From: Amphiscolops sp. MND2022
Lineage: Eukaryota
Length of the DNA: 64,000 nt
Direction: 5' to 3'
Assembly: GCA_964187785.1 (NCBI GenBank)
Contig: OZ076412.1
Span: 41,602,001-41,666,000, forward strand
Part shown: piece after piece, positions 26,618-40,790 of the stretch
How positions within the stretch are numbered: the stretch's first letter is position 1
How the letters are laid out: each line of letters begins with the position of its first letter
The notes under the pieces: model-generated
What the model saw: only the letters and a program-made list of their open reading frames with translations
What the model was told of the DNA's origin: nothing
The model's database searches: none
Program-made: the position numbers and the translations under genes

Positions 26618-29600
26618 TATACCATAGATTAGGAGGAGGCTATCATTCATTTTTTGCTTCATATAAGGAACCAAGAAATACGACCCCTGAAACAAAATAA
26701 AATAATTTTAATCTTCATCCATTGTTTCTTGAGAAAAAACCTGGGAGACAAAAGTTTTCGAAAGTTACTGTTTTTTTTTGCTCGAAGAAATTGTTAATAA
26801 CGAAATTGACAGAAAAAACTTACCATGAATTGAATAAGGTATGGGTGTTACGTTCCAGTTAATCAGTTAATCAACTGTTATGAAATGAGCAAAACTTAGA
26901 GTCAATTTGATTCGATTTTCATTTTGAGAAAATATTCGAATTAGCGCGAAAGCATGCATCCATAAAAGAAACATGTCTGTTTATATCAATGAATAACCAA
27001 CCCTTGATCTGAAAAGATATGATGACGTAACAACAAATGGAAGCATTTCCGTGCAAGAACAGATATTTTAGGTCGCTAACAAGTGTTGGTCTAGTCGCAG
27101 GCAACAAATAAAAGATGGGAAAATGCAGAGCTCACTTGAGTAAGAGAACCAAAGAACAAAGCCTCGATTCACCACAAAACGTCGTCGAACATCTTTGCAA
27201 ACAAATTGTCTCATCAAAAAAAAACGTTTGAACTTTTAATTCCTTGCATTTATTGAAAATCAACAATGAACCGAGAAAAAACCCGGCAGTTAAATGTGAC
27301 ATTTCATGCTTCCTGGTATTAGGCCTCAGAAATCTGAATTGTAAAGAAATATACCAATAACCAATTCTTGTAGGCCGCCTTCAAAGCGTTTCAGGGTCTG
27401 TGAAAAGTCTGTATCCCGTCGAAAACATGAAATTGCACTTGTATGGAAAATACTAAAGCATTGTGTTTGGTGAAGTGCCTAGACAGCAACTGACCATTTT
27501 AAAATGCAATGTAGTAATTCAAAGAACTTATCAGACTCCGTTTCCACCTTCTAAAAGCATATTAAAGCATTTTCAGCGATCTACCAACATTTTTTTCGCC
27601 CAGCAGAGATGAAACAAGACTTTTCCTTCAAGTCCGCTTGCGTTGCAAAAAAACTTCTCTCTCAAATCCGCTGATGTTTTAATGCAATTTTTTTATATTA
27701 GCTATAGCAATTTTATTTGTATATAACTTATAGCTATGCCTATCGATGAAGTTCTGCATACAGAAAGCCAATCAGTGCCCACTGTTAAACTCATGAGCGA
27801 ATAGCTGTTAGGTCACAGATTTGAAGGAAAACAAACTTGTTTGAGCGGCCGAGTGACTTCAAGTGACGTAACTTGCGACCAACTTAAGAGTTTATCATTT
27901 CATCAAATAGTAGGATGTAATTCCCTTCCCACACCCTGATTTTGAAAAACACTCCTCCGATCGCGCTGAAAAATGATATGCATATTTTAGAAGAGTGACC
28001 TCAACTTTTGACATAAAGCACCCGACCTCGAATCTCCCCTGGGTCCCGATCAATTAGCACCGGAGTTGGAGTAGGTCGACACCCCACGGACAACCGGGCC
28101 TGGACGCAGAGACACGTTCAATTTTGGCTTATAATATCTGAGACAGCTCGTAATAATGAAAGAAGTCGATTGCTATCGAGTATGAAATTGGATAAGTAAC
28201 CTTACCCAGGAGTAACCGCCTCGAATAAATAAAGCATACGTTCATCATTCAACACGGAAACCATTAACCCTAGATTAGTAGGCATGTAGTAACATTAGAT
28301 GAGTGCCTGAGACGCAAGTGCCTGAATCGAGGATTCGATTGTGTTCGTGTATTTCATTTAGAACTGTAGATTATATTCGGTGAAAGTATTCCACTGGTTT
28401 TCCTATCTATGGTTCCTATCAATTGAAATATTATAATCTGCTTTCGCAGTTGATCAAACATGAGTCGATACCGCTAGAAGTGGAGAGAGAATTGAATATT
28501 AACCGGAAGTGAATTAGCTTAAAACGAAAGAACGTTTTTCTAGTAATACTCCACTTAGAAGTAAGATCTCTCATGTTGAAAGTTTTTACACAAAGGTCCG
28601 TGAGTTCGTATCCCAGGATGGACTAACATTACTTTTAGTTCTCGAAGGCCTAAAGAGAGCAAAGGGTGTCACTTTTGGGTACTTTTTGGCACATTGCTAA
28701 TTTTTTTCCCAAAAATTAGGTTTTCGTTCCGACAAAAGGTCCTTCTCTCTTTAGATGTTTTCTGTTTGGAAAAAGCGTTGAGGTCCAAAAAAGTCACCAC
28801 TCTTGGGTGTATTTTGGCACCATACAAATTTTTAGTAGTTTCAGGAAGACGAAAGTCAGATTCTGAAAGGTATCCCGTGAACAATTTTCGCACTGAAAGG
28901 TTGATGAAACGTTTTTATAGTAGTTTTCTGTTTGCATAATGAAAAGAGTTTAAAACGTTTTTGAGCGGACGCCCACTTACCTTGAGTTTTTTAGTGACTA
29001 TGCATGACCTCCGATACCCAAACTATTTTTTCTTGTAAGTTGACTTCCTAAAACTGGGAACCTAGACGTTTTGGCAAACAATTTTTTGACCTAACATGCG
29101 TGTTTAATAGCGGGTTAGGAAGTAAAGTTTCTAATCTATTTGCCTTCAGCAAGTGCTGAGTCCCTTTCAGTTTTTTAAAATTGTTTTGGGACAAAAAGGT
29201 TGAAAAATCCAAAAGGGTCCCCCTTTTGAGCGCTCCAAGGGCCCGCGCTAGCCCCGGCGCGCCAATTCGGTCCAACTTTTAGGTTTTTCGGGTACTGTAA
29301 AAGAGAATACTCAACACTTTGAAGTCTGCTATTTTTGAGCCCTAGATATTTTGCCGACTTGTTCCCAGCTTGTTATGGTTATGGGGGAAACTAAAAAATT
29401 TGTTCTATATGTTTACTTTCTGTATTTGCAAATCATTACCATTAGTTAATATTGCATTTATCGTTTCGTTTTTTTTTTCCAGTTGAATTAGATGCCAATT
29501 GATCGACTGAGCAGGAATAAGCAGTTTAGACTAACAATTGCAGAAACAAGGCAATTTTTATCAATATTGTGTCTCTAATGTGACTGTTCGAGCAGAGTGG

Positions 29601-29632
29601 TGTTTTGCTTTTTTTCAATAAAGGGTTTGCTA

Positions 29633-29993
29633 CAGAGTTTTGACACCGCTAATCAGCGATTTAGCGAATTAGCGGCCGCGCAGGAATTTTTCAGCGATTT
29701 CATTAGCGATTTAAATTAGCGGTAACTAACAGACCCTCCAAATTCAAAATTTCTTCGGTGTATAAACGGTGTTTCAAAATGAATTTCGGAAAAATTCCAA
29801 ATCGTACCCTTGTAAAACACGCACTGTATAAAAAATTCTAGTCTTTTTTCTTCCAAAAACCGAATAAGTTAATTTGACGCATAGTTGAAGCTAAACATTT
29901 AATAGTTTGCAGAAAAAGCTTTTCAGCAAAATAGCGATTTTCAAATTAGCGGTTTAGCGATTAGCGGAAGAAATTAGCGATGTCAAAACCCTG
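29633..29993. mobile_element. hAT-type MITE (361 bp)
   Basis: 21-bp TIR CAG(A/G)GTTTTGACA(C/T)CGCTAAT, 8-bp TSD GTTTGCTA (29625-29632 and 29994-30001), and about 10 subterminal TAGCG motifs. Confidence 0.9.
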
Positions 29994-31379
29994 GTTTGCT
30001 ATGAAAAATTGTTACGAACTGGATATAACAAAATAGTAAAATTCAAAACAATAGTCTACCAATCAATGAAACTTTTGAGCAAATCATCTGATGACAGTGA
30101 AAAATGAAATGCTCATATTCAAAATACAAAATTGACAATAATAATGTTGTCTTTTAAACTGAACATTTCAAGAGCTGACGAACTGGTAAAAAAGCTTCCT
30201 TACAGCCGTTTATTGAACTTTATAATTACTTTTTAAAACTTATAATCAATTTAGGATCCAAAAATAACACATATTAGACGTTTTTGACCTTTTCAGCAAT
30301 TGAAACCTTTTGCAGAATTTTTTGTAAAGTGTGCATAATTTTTGGAAACCATCTACTTATATAAATCAGAATTCAAAAAAATAAGAACTTAAACTGAAAT
30401 TGATGTACTCACATCCATTTCCCATAGTTCGGATAAAACGAAACTTGAGATATCAAAGCTAATCAATTCGATAACTTCAAAGAATTTTCTAAAAAATCGA
30501 AAGAAACGAAATTTTAGCTGAAACTCGAAAGGCACTGGTTCATGAAATTGCATGAGTCTCGGTAGGACAACTTGAAGTTTCCCACTCACGAAAATTTGGA
30601 AGGAAAACTATAATGCAGTAAAAGAAAACTGGATGGATAACTTTGCAAAACCCTGAATTCATTGTAATTATTACAGCGATGAGTCTGAAACTATCAATTT
30701 TAACGGATGTAACTTAGAATGCCGTGTGAAAAATTGGGCAATCTCAAATTGGGCTGACAGTTACAGGATGTTAAACATGTGCTAAAGAAGAAATGTTATA
30801 AGAATGGCAGTACTCACGGAATGAAGAATAATTGCACATCAACTGTCAACAAACTCCCCTTTCTTAGGGCGGGGGCAGTCGCTAAGGAGCCCAAAACAGC
30901 TTGATTAAAAAACTGATTATAAATATTTGTATGAAGTAACTTCCTTTTTCTCTATAAATTATGCAACTAGTCAAACAATCACGTCGTCAGTTGCAAACCG
31001 GGAAGCGTTTTTTTGACAGCAGTAAAATTTTCAATAAAACGAGGAATAATTCCTCCCAATTAGTCTCAAATAAAGCGCATTTTAATACCTGTTACCCTGG
31101 GGCTGAAAATCCATCCATTACTTGTAAATGCGTGTACGTACCAACACCATTTTGACAATTCTGAGGCAGCGTCAACTTACCGATTTTATGGTATAGCAAC
31201 TGCATCAATGTGTATGTTATTTACCGACAGGTTCAAACTTCGCTAATTAGATGCTCAGACGTTAAAATCATCAATCGGTATCCTACAGTAAGAAAGGAGA
31301 TGACATCATTGCGGATATGCAATTTATTTAATTTCACAAACATTTTTGTACCAAGTTGAAGGAATTTCGATAAACTGAA

Positions 31380-31800
31380 AGTGTCAACCATGTTGGCAAC
31401 CATCAGCACCCTGATAATGGAATACCGAGATGGAATCTACAAGTTTTTGAGGTGACTGCCGGTGGGGCTCCGAGTATTTTCCCAGACACCAACTATAGTT
31501 TCGGTGGTGGCCAATTATAGTCACTGGTCGCCAATTTTTTGATATTTGACTAACTCTATTATTCAAGAGTATCCGTGGTTTTGTACTAAGAAGAAAAAGT
31601 AATATTTATCAGTTGGACCGATCTAACTGAATGAAAAAAAATTTCCAGAAGTTCCATCTGGATATACCCCGAACTTTCAGAAATTATGCTGACAATCTTA
31701 TTTTTAAAAATGAATGAAGTGTCTGAAACTACAACTAAAACTTTCGAGAAACTTTGAAGATACACTTTTAGAGAAAATTTTAGTGGAGAAGCCTTCATCT
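31380..31800 (-). pseudogene. Possible degenerate LINE reverse-transcriptase fragment
   Basis: Minus strand ESSGYIQMELLEIFF...LINITFSS...ISKNWRPVTI resembles the LINE RT N-terminal KSPGPDG...NWRPISL region. Broken by stops. Confidence 0.35.
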
Positions 31801-32184
31801 GAATAAAACAACTAATCGTGTCTCTTCACTGTCTGGAGATGATTCCATTTTTGTTACCAACTCCATTAAACAAGGCCAAACTGAAAATCAAACAGAACTT
31901 GAGTTGAGTATGATTTCTACAAAAAAGATACCTGTTGCAATATTAATATATACAGTTTCGAGATAAGACTTCAAACTAGAGTCTACTTTTTGAAATCAAA
32001 ACACGTATGAAATCAAAATTTCTCCAAAAGCTTTCTGTTGCGATTCCGGTGAAACGGTTTTTGGGAAAAATGCGTAGGTATCATACCTTTGGAGAAATGA
32101 AATAAGATTTTGAAAACCACCTTAAAAGCACAAATTTGCCAAACTAGGCCAAACTTGGCCAAACGAGGACTTTAAGCCTTGCTG

Positions 32185-32534
32185 ACTCGTGAGGAGACAT
32201 TTGTTATCAAGCGACAAGAGTTATCAAGCGACATTTGCTATTATTTGCTGTAAAGTGGCATTTCTTATCAAATTGAGAAAGCGACATTTGTTATTGAATC
32301 TAAAAAGGCGACATTTGTTACCAAAATATGTATAGTGTTTTATGACAAAAAATGTCGGCTTTTTAGATTTGATAACAAATGTCACTTTCTAGCAAATAAT
32401 AACATGTGTCGCTTGATAACTCTTGTCGCTTGATAACAAATGTCGCCTCACGAGTGAAATGTCGCTTTTTCAAAAATGATAGCAAATGTAGTTCGATACC
32501 AAATGTCGCTTGATAACAAATGTCGCTATAACTT
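32185..32534. repeat. Fold-back (palindromic) MITE built from TGTCGCTTGATAACAAA units
   Basis: Inverted arms 32185-32235 and 32406-32455 (ACTCGTGAGG...ATCAAGCGACA). Extra units run to ATGTCGCTATAAC at about 32534; the left end appears truncated. Confidence 0.7.
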
Positions 32535-33210
32535 GCTCACTTCCATTTGCTCGCCTAAAATGAATAGGAAATTATAACAAAAAGATTAGCTTATTTGAAA
32601 ATTCATTATACGCATCTTGAAGTAAACTGATCTCTAAAATTTAAACACAAGACAAATCAGTATTTTGTAAGCATGCCTAACGATCAAGATTATATATATG
32701 GCAAATTTTAATAGCTAAAATTACCGGTAACTATCCAAGTCGGCGCCGGGCTCGAGTCTCGAAAACAGCGAAATCTTTCAAATATTTCTAGTTCTGCACT
32801 CTAAGGCAGCATACAGTATGAAGTCTTTAAAACCGCCTACTTAATAACTTCTTTTGAGAAACCTTGCACCTTAGAAACAAATTTTATTGCTGCCAATTTT
32901 GAACATGATAATTCCAAATTATTGAATTATGGAATTTGCAGAGAAAATTCTGGAAGCCTTCTCGGAACATTTTTGTAGAAAAACAAATGCGTCCAGTATT
33001 TCAATCTAATAAAACTGTTTTCACAATTATACCGTCTCGGTTAGTTGGCACAGTTGGCATTCAAACTTCATTCAATTTCCTGATTATTCAAATTATGTAA
33101 TCACCGTTATACTAATTGTACGCTGAATGTGACGCTACTTTGTAAACTATAATGGAACTGAAGTTGATTCGCATTTAAATGATGGTTTGTTTCGGCTGCA
33201 CATTAAAACG

Positions 33211-33589
33211 GGGACTGTTCAATTCGTCGAACATTCAATTCGTCGAACACGTATTACTTTAGCGAGCAATATATGACGTAATGGAATGAATTGATTTCGG
33301 CCAATCAAATTCGAGCATTCAAAATTACGATAACGTAGTCAGATATGTTCACATACTCCTAGTGCCCTAAATGCAGGAGCGAAGCGAAGCGGAGCGACGT
33401 GCCATATGGCCATGCCTCAATATTGCTACTTGGCGAAGGGAGCGAAGCGACCGAGCCATACAACAAATATGCTAATCGCTACAAAATATAACCAAATGAA
33501 ATTAATCGCTGATATGGAATTCTTTCGACGCATTGAATAGCTTTTCATTTTTCGACGATTTGATTGTTCGACGAATTGAATAGGCACCC
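33211..33589. mobile_element. MULE/Mutator-type MITE (379 bp)
   Basis: 9-bp TSD ATTAAAACG (33202-33210 and 33590-33598), GGG...CCC termini, and TIR core TTCAATTCGTCGAACA. Confidence 0.85.
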
Positions 33590-34284
33590 ATTAAAACGGT
33601 ATGAAATAATCATTTAGCACATTATTTATTTTGCATTTTGGTAAAACTTGGATTTTAGATCCATACAATTTCAGTTCGTCCAGGTTACTGTATTATGAAT
33701 GCCCCCAAATTTAGGGTGCATTTTAAGGCAACTCGGTAGAGTTTAATATAAACTGTCAATTTTTATTGCATAAAAGTCTCTGAGAGTTCTATAAAATCAT
33801 GATAATTTTGCTTTGCAAGCTACAAAAACTTGTTAAAAGTTCGAGCAGCTCCAACAATGGAAATGCATGTTAAAAAAATAGTCACTAAGTGTGTTCATTG
33901 AAGTGGTGGAGATTTATGAGTTGGAATAACTGTGTTAAGTTTTCTTGTCTCATGTTTTTTGCATCGAAGTCTCTTGATTTTACGCTACCATTGGGAATCA
34001 AATTGTGAGTATTACATGGTGCCTAAGTAATGAAGAACAGTCGATTATAAACTAATCTCGATTTTTTATTGGGACAATTGAAACACCGGCGATGAAAAAC
34101 CAAGCGCCTTGAGTTTCCAGAAATGTAGCCAGTCTTCTATATAAACAAATTTTTAAATTTTTTTAAAACTTAGTATTTTCCGCCCTCATATAATGGGGGA
34201 GGAAAATCATAATCTGTGTTGCGTTTTTTTTCCGAATTCTGCCAAATCTCCACAATCTCTATGCACTACTTGACTATTTAAGTT

Positions 34285-34350
34285 ACTAAAATAGTCAAGT
34301 AACTAAAATAGTCGAGAAACTAAAATAGTCAAGAAACTAAAATAGTCAAC
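34285..34350 (+). repeat. 17-bp minisatellite, about 4 copies (ACTAAAATAGTCAAGAA)
   Basis: Units start at 34285, 34302, 34319 and 34336. Confidence 0.9.
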
Positions 34351-34599
34351 TGAAAAGGTGGAAATTATCTCGGTGTTTAGCGGGCGTCTTGTTGTTAAAA
34401 AGACTGACTATATTTCATGAAAACTCATAACTGCCTATATAATTTAACACTTTAATATACAGACTTTTCATGTTTCATAAATCGATATCGTTTTTTCAAG
34501 AAGATTCCGATAACTGAACCGAATATATGGGAATGGAGAACTTCAAACCGCAGTTGGAGTCGGTTTTTGGTTGTTTTTCTTTCGTTTTTGTCAGTTTTT

Positions 34600-34738
34600 C
34601 TCTTGAATTCTTGGCAAGATCTTGCAAAATTCTACATATTCTTGGCGCTTTTGATTAAAATCTTGCCAAGATTCTTACCAAGGCTTTCACGAAAATGCAA
34701 GATTCTTATCAAGACTTTCAAGAGTTTTTCAGTGGGTG
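34600..34738. mobile_element. One end of a CCC-terminated MITE with CAAGATCTTG repeats
   Basis: Repeated caagatcttg/caagattctt motifs ending in CAGTGGG; the other end was not found. Confidence 0.45.
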
Positions 34739-36154
34739 CGCATGAACAAACATGAATTTATCTCATCATCTTTCATCATTTTCAAATCACAGGACGATGC
34801 TCACACCAAGGCCATGTTTTGTTTACTCCAAAACAAAATTTTCCCTAATCTAAATTTATGAGTGGTAGGTTTTCCATCATTGATTTGCAATTTGAAACAC
34901 CTGTTTGTGTCTTCAGGCAAGAAGGGAGTCAAAATGCCGATAATTGTTACCAATTTAGAAACAGTGAGCTGCTTTGGCAATGGGGAAGCTTGTCATCTAT
35001 TGTGCTCATCTTCAGAGCTCCCCTATGAACAAAACGTCGTTTCTCTCGTTTTGATGAATAATTCACAAAAATGTTTTGGTGGAAATGTTGGAAAATACTG
35101 AGGGTGCCATAAGTACCGCGCGTAACATCCTAACAAACTGGCCTCAAATTATTGGCGACGTAGTTCCAGCCGTCATTCTGAAAAGTCTTTTGAAACTTGT
35201 GTTTTTGAAAAATCTTTTTTCTTAGGGAAAAGGTAATAAAAATAATAAACTCCGTTTTGTGGAAAGACTGAATGTTTTCAAGTTCATGGAAATATCAAGC
35301 GCAGCTTTTATGTCATTCAAAAGGAGTTCAAAACAAATCGGAAGTACTGCAATGAAAAAATCGATAAAATGTTCACATTAAACTGTTGATTTTTAATCGG
35401 CGTTCGACGAGAGAGATCTTCCTGAATTCCCAACAGTTTGTTTTTTTAAACAAAATTTTTACACGATATAACCTAAACGATGCAAAAATTAGTTCTTGGT
35501 CTCAAATTACCGAAAACTCAACTTGATTTCAAACGCTTTAACATAATTAACGAAGAATGCAAGCGAAATCATGAAGAAAACAATTTCAATTTACAGACAC
35601 TCTTACAGACATGTTCATCAAGTATCACTGAGAGAATTGTTGCATATCAATATGTTTCGACATTTTCAGCTAATACATTTCAGACGAAGCGGCTTTCTAG
35701 GCTTCTTTTACGCAACAGATGTTTTGAAGAGGTTGAAAATCTCATCTAAAGTGACAAATATCCGAGAACTGTCAGCAGTTCCGTCGTCTAACAAGAAGCA
35801 AATGCTCCAGAGGGCCCTGTTCAGCTCTCAAGATGAGCTTGCAATCAGAAGCTGCCTATGCTTTAATTAATTGGTGACCTTGCAGCTGTTTTGATTACCC
35901 ATGTCTTCGATTATCTCCATGATTGCGCAAAAAATTGTAATTCGAGAAGTAAATTCAATCAAACACTGGATGTTTACAAAAATGAATCATACCAGTTAAC
36001 TTTGTATCGGATTTTGTGAAAAACCTAGATTACTGATTCCTAGAGAAATTGAGAATTCCATTTGTCAAATACTTCGCTAGATCAAATTATAGGACAGGTG
36101 AATTATTTCCACATAGCGACGACTCATATAAAGCGATAACTAATATAAATGAAG

Positions 36155-36602
36155 AACAAGACGGGAACGTCTCAAGTCAGCGCTATATCTAAGGCTCAAA
36201 TAAAATCGAAGGGGGACCCTTTGGAGACAAAAAGAATTTAAAGAAAAAGTCGCACAGTGCCGAAAAAAACGGAAGGGGCCACCCTTTACACTCATCCGGT
36301 TTTGTAGACTACATATAAAAAAAACAAAGGGGGACCCTTTGGAGACAAAAAATTTCTCGAAAAAAGTCGCACAGTGCCGAAACAAATGGAAAGGGGGGAC
36401 GTTTTGTAGGTTACGTTTAAAAAATAAAAAACCAAAGAAAGGACCCTTTGGAATAACTTAGATGCGTTTCCCGGGTATTCGTTTATTTTCTTTTAGCTGA
36501 AAGTTAACGTTCGTCGCTTCGAGTCTGTCCTGAAAAAAAAAGAAAAAAATACGAGTGACTGTAATAGTCGAGCTTTTCTGTTAATAAAAGCGCCTAATAA
36601 AA
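36155..36602 (-). mobile_element. HINE-like family copy
   Basis: Reverse 3' end aacaagacgggaacgtctcaagtcagcgc and reverse 5' end aaaagcgcctaataaaa. Confidence 0.55.
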
Positions 36603-36728
36603 ACTGACGTTTCATATCAGGTTTGTAGAAAAGTTAAAAGTATTAAAATTATACTTCAAAGATATTTTTTATTATTTTTCGCATTCTTAAGAAAGGAAAA
36701 ATCTTGGTGTCAGACGAGGAACTATTTT

Positions 36729-37317
36729 AACAAGCCAGGAACGGCCAAAGTCGGCGCCATATCTAAGGCTCAAAAACAGCAAAAGGACTTCAAAGTGTCA
36801 AGTATTCTTTTCTACAGTACCCGCATGAGAAAAAAATTGAAAAAAAATCCGATTTTTTTTTTGAATTTTTTCGAAAATTTGTTTGGTCTCCGGTAAGCCG
36901 CACAGTGCCGAAAAATGTAAAAAAGGGACCTCAAAAAAGCCTAATTAACCTCTTTCTCAAGTGGCAGTAGGTAGAACCTTTGGGAGTTTTTGAACATCCA
37001 TTCTTTTGCAAAATAGAAAAAATTGAAAGGGGACCCTTTGGAGACATTAAAAAAATTTGCGAAAAAAGTCTCACAAAACCGAAATACCCTGCACAAAAAA
37101 ATTGGTCAAGGGCGGGGCTCGAACCCACGTCCTTCTGCTTGGCAGATCTCAAAAAAGCCTTATTTACCTCTATGTCAAGTGCCAGTAGAAGTAGTGTGGC
37201 AGTTAGTGTTAGTCAAGTCAGGTTATAAAGCTTATTAAATCTGTCACTTCGTTGGTCTAAAAAAAAGAAAAGTCACTGCTATAGTCTGCGTTTTCTACGA
37301 AAAGCGCCGACTTAAAA
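36729..37317 (-). mobile_element. Complete HINE-like element carrying the tRNA-like module
   Basis: Reverse 3' end AACAAGCCAGGAACGGCCAAAGTCGGCGCC and reverse 5' end AAAAGCGCCGACTTAAAA. Internal B-box GTGGGTTCGAGCCCC at about 37113-37127 on the minus strand. Confidence 0.65.
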
Positions 37318-40300
37318 TCTGTTTTACCAAATTTCTGCCGCCATTAAACACTACAAGCGCAGCTTGAAAACTGGAATGTACTTTCTACTTGGTTCTACTT
37401 GGCCTGGAGACTAACTTGAGCTTCTCTACGTGCTGAGTTTGTATTGAGTACGTGGGTTCGAATCTTGCGTTAGACGTTAACTTTGTATGCCAGCAAAGGA
37501 ACAGGGAAGATTTTTGGTTTACGCGATTTTTTCCTGTGTTTTTCAAAACCGAAATGCGCTTTGTTTGCTTTGATTCCAGTTGGAACCATTACATCTATGA
37601 TTGCCATGCATTTCCATGCATGGAACAATATGGTTCCTTGCATAGAAACGTATGAATTCACATGGTGCTTCGTAAGAAATCATATGAACCTAATGCAATC
37701 ATCAGACGACAGTTACGCATGCATAACGTAGTCAGCAGTTATACCAAATGTCGAAAGTGATTTTTTTGTTTTGAATTGGCTATATTTCAAAACAAAGTAC
37801 GAATATGACTATTTCGATTCGTACGGCTCGATTTCACAACCTTCATTGTGTACATAAAATGAGTGGGTCAATTGTTTTTAGTGAACAACGGACCTTTGTT
37901 TCAGATGTCAGGGGACTTCCAGTCGAGTTTAATGGAAACGCATTTTTTGAGGTAATAGTAATCCAAAGTTTGCTTTTCTAGGTTTCTTGACAAAGCAAGA
38001 GGTGAGACTTTGTACTATATTAGACGCCACCAATAAGTCCTTTCTAAATTGACAGAATTGAGATGACTGAAAGAAACTTTTTGCCTTTTAGCATCTCGTT
38101 GTTTAAAAACATGCCAAATACTCAAAACGTATTTTGGCTAACTATTAGGACCTTGTCGGATGCAACTTGTTTTTGTGGTCATCGGATTTATTTGATAGTT
38201 TGTTTTGTATTTATACCTAGAAAGAAATTAAATTGTATAGTTTATTACTTGATTCCATGCAAATCTACGAATGGAATCATTTTGTTTCACGCGATTCCGC
38301 GCATGCAAACAACATGAAGTTTTGTATTGATTTATATTGTTCCCTGCATGGAATCACATGCGGCGTTGGGTACGGGTAATCAAGAACGTTTTGAAATATA
38401 TATTTTTCTTTTCCGTTGATATCAAACTTATCTTTCTGAGATGAGTTTTGATTGCAGTTGTGGAAATATGACGAATGGATTCAAACTCGAAAAATTTCGT
38501 ACGCATTGGTCATTGATTTCAAGGTGCAAGAATCTTTCAAATTTTGATCAGAATTACAACGGTAGATCTACGAACAGCGGTTCACGAGATATTGCAAGAT
38601 AAAATTCAGAAGAAACCAAAAGTCAAAAATAAACTATGCGTTATAACTTTTGTAAGTTTGTTTGATTTCCAAACCAAAAACACCCCTGTGATTCTGATCA
38701 AAATTTGAGGAAGTTTTGCTCCGGTAACTACTGTCAATTGAATATGTGAAAATTTACTGCAATTTGAAATTTGTTGTCAATGTGGAGTGTCTTCAGCTTT
38801 TTGGTACCCTAGTGTATCTTTCTGACAAATTCAAGCTGTCAGAAAACGTCTAAAAGGCTTGACCAGTCATTTCGTGTTCACCTTTGATGCGCGACAGTTC
38901 TTTTGTTTCGAGAAACTTGCCCGTTTGAAGGATTCATACCAGTGTTCAAAGTTGTTTTGAATAATTTGTGGGCGATTAATAGAAACTTTTAGAACAGTAA
39001 TTGATATACGATTATTCATGTTCATTCTACCAGAAGCTACATTGCCTGATGATTAATCTCTATTGTTTTGGAGCGAAATGTCTACCGTCTCACTGTAGAA
39101 TTTTTGAACAGGTTTCTTTTCATCAAAGTTCTAGGTTCGTAAGCTTTTGTTTCAACATGGTTTGAAACGGAACGAATATGTGCCTATATGTTTGTTTCCT
39201 TTCTTTACATTTTTACAGACTTATATTTCCTTTCTTTACATTTTTCCAGACTTATATTTCCTTTCTTTTCTGCAAAAATTGAGCAGAAATCTCGCATTTT
39301 TTGCTAAATTAGATGTGTCAGGTTTCCCCTTTGTCCTTATTCCTAGAACAGGGACTTTGGATTTTCGGCATTGTTCTTGCTGATTCGGCTTAAGAAAATG
39401 TCGGAGGTCAGGATTGTTTTTCAAGCTATTCAAGATGGGAGACAGACACAACAGAATGACGTCATTAACTTCAGTCTGTCACAAACGATATGACGTCAAG
39501 CAAAGACCACTTTGGAGCTCATCAAAGCTAGCTTTATCCTACAAAATGCACCTATTGTTTTCAAAATTGTGACAAATTAATCAAAAAAACTGCGAAATCA
39601 CGTTGAATCGTTTTTAATAATCAATACACTCAATGTTTGAGTATAGAGACCGACTATATATCAACTGAGACGAACTAGCATCGCTTTTACTTGTAAAACG
39701 TCTCCTACCTCAATTTTGGATGAAGTATTTTGAAGAACTTGCGTTTCTAAGAAGTTAAAGTACAAAACTCGGTGCTTTGAAAAGCACTATGGGAGCAAAC
39801 TTTAAAAAAGAAAACCATCAAAGTATGCTAGTTCATGAACATCAAGTCAAAAAAATGATACAACTTCTTCAAGAGGATGCTCACAGCTGTTTCCATTCAG
39901 GGTCCTAACGACGAGATGAAAAAAAATACAAACTTCAGACGAAAAAAAAACGGATAACGATGACTTTAAACTATCAAATTATTATTGTATTATTATTAGA
40001 GTACGCTTCAAGGTAACCTTGATTGAGTGTCAGCTTCCGGTCAATACAACTTGAATTACATTTCCAAGACCTGTCAATGGTTCCTTGGGGTATACCCGTT
40101 TCAGATCAACCTTGGTTATTATCTAAAACTCAAATTCTGTAACAAGCAAAAAAGGGGAAAATTTTTACACGTAAGATGTATTGAACGATAGACTTATCGA
40201 TCGGGTGTCTTACATCATCGCAAACATGTCAACCAAAATAGGGGAAAAAGTGAGTACCTAGACAATGAAAACAAGAGGCATCGATGTTTTTTGTTTCCTT

Positions 40301-40364
40301 GGAAACAGCGATTAAAATTATAAAATGGGACACTTCAAGAAAGCAACAAAGCGGCCATGGATAA

Positions 40365-40790
40365 TGTAATGAGTAGAGTCCGTGCTTTCCCTTAGACCAC
40401 ATGCGGATTGTGAGTCATTCTTTGTCAATTTAGCGTTTGGCTTCTTCCACGCATTACCAATACCAAATCCATCTGAGGTCTTACCCGTCCCACTACCATT
40501 TCGGTCCAAAAGCAAATTTCCTATTATGCTCATTATTTCAGGCAAAACTATATCATTTATGGCTGAACTAATTGCCCTATTGATCTGCGTTCGTATCGTG
40601 TCCATTATTGTGTCTATTTCTTGAGACAATCTAGCATTTCATTTCACCTGATAAAATCTCAATAGACTCAGTTAGTCTATCTCTACTTCTTCCATAACAT
40701 GACATCCATGTTAACGTAATCGGACATTTGTCTATCTAATTTGTCTAGCTTTCGCTTTTTGTTTTCTAGTTGAAGGCAATGTTTGTACAG
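40365..40790 (-). mobile_element. Internally deleted LTR fragment carrying the LTR-borne ORF
   Basis: Minus strand LPSTRKQKAKAR, MSDYVNMDVML and SQEIDTIMDTIRTQINRAISSAINDIVLPEI...DSQSACGLRESTDSTHY. Homology ends at ...CATTACA (40365), an LTR-type CA terminus. Confidence 0.55.

Noticed and set aside
27916-28296. Solo LTR (GC-richer block, AATAAA at about 28226, ends GTAGTAACA)
   Set aside because: It is plausible, but I found no matching TSD or clear 5' end, so it is not called.
40020-40110. LINE RT motif GIPQG on the minus strand
   Set aside because: It is a single short motif without the following conserved blocks.
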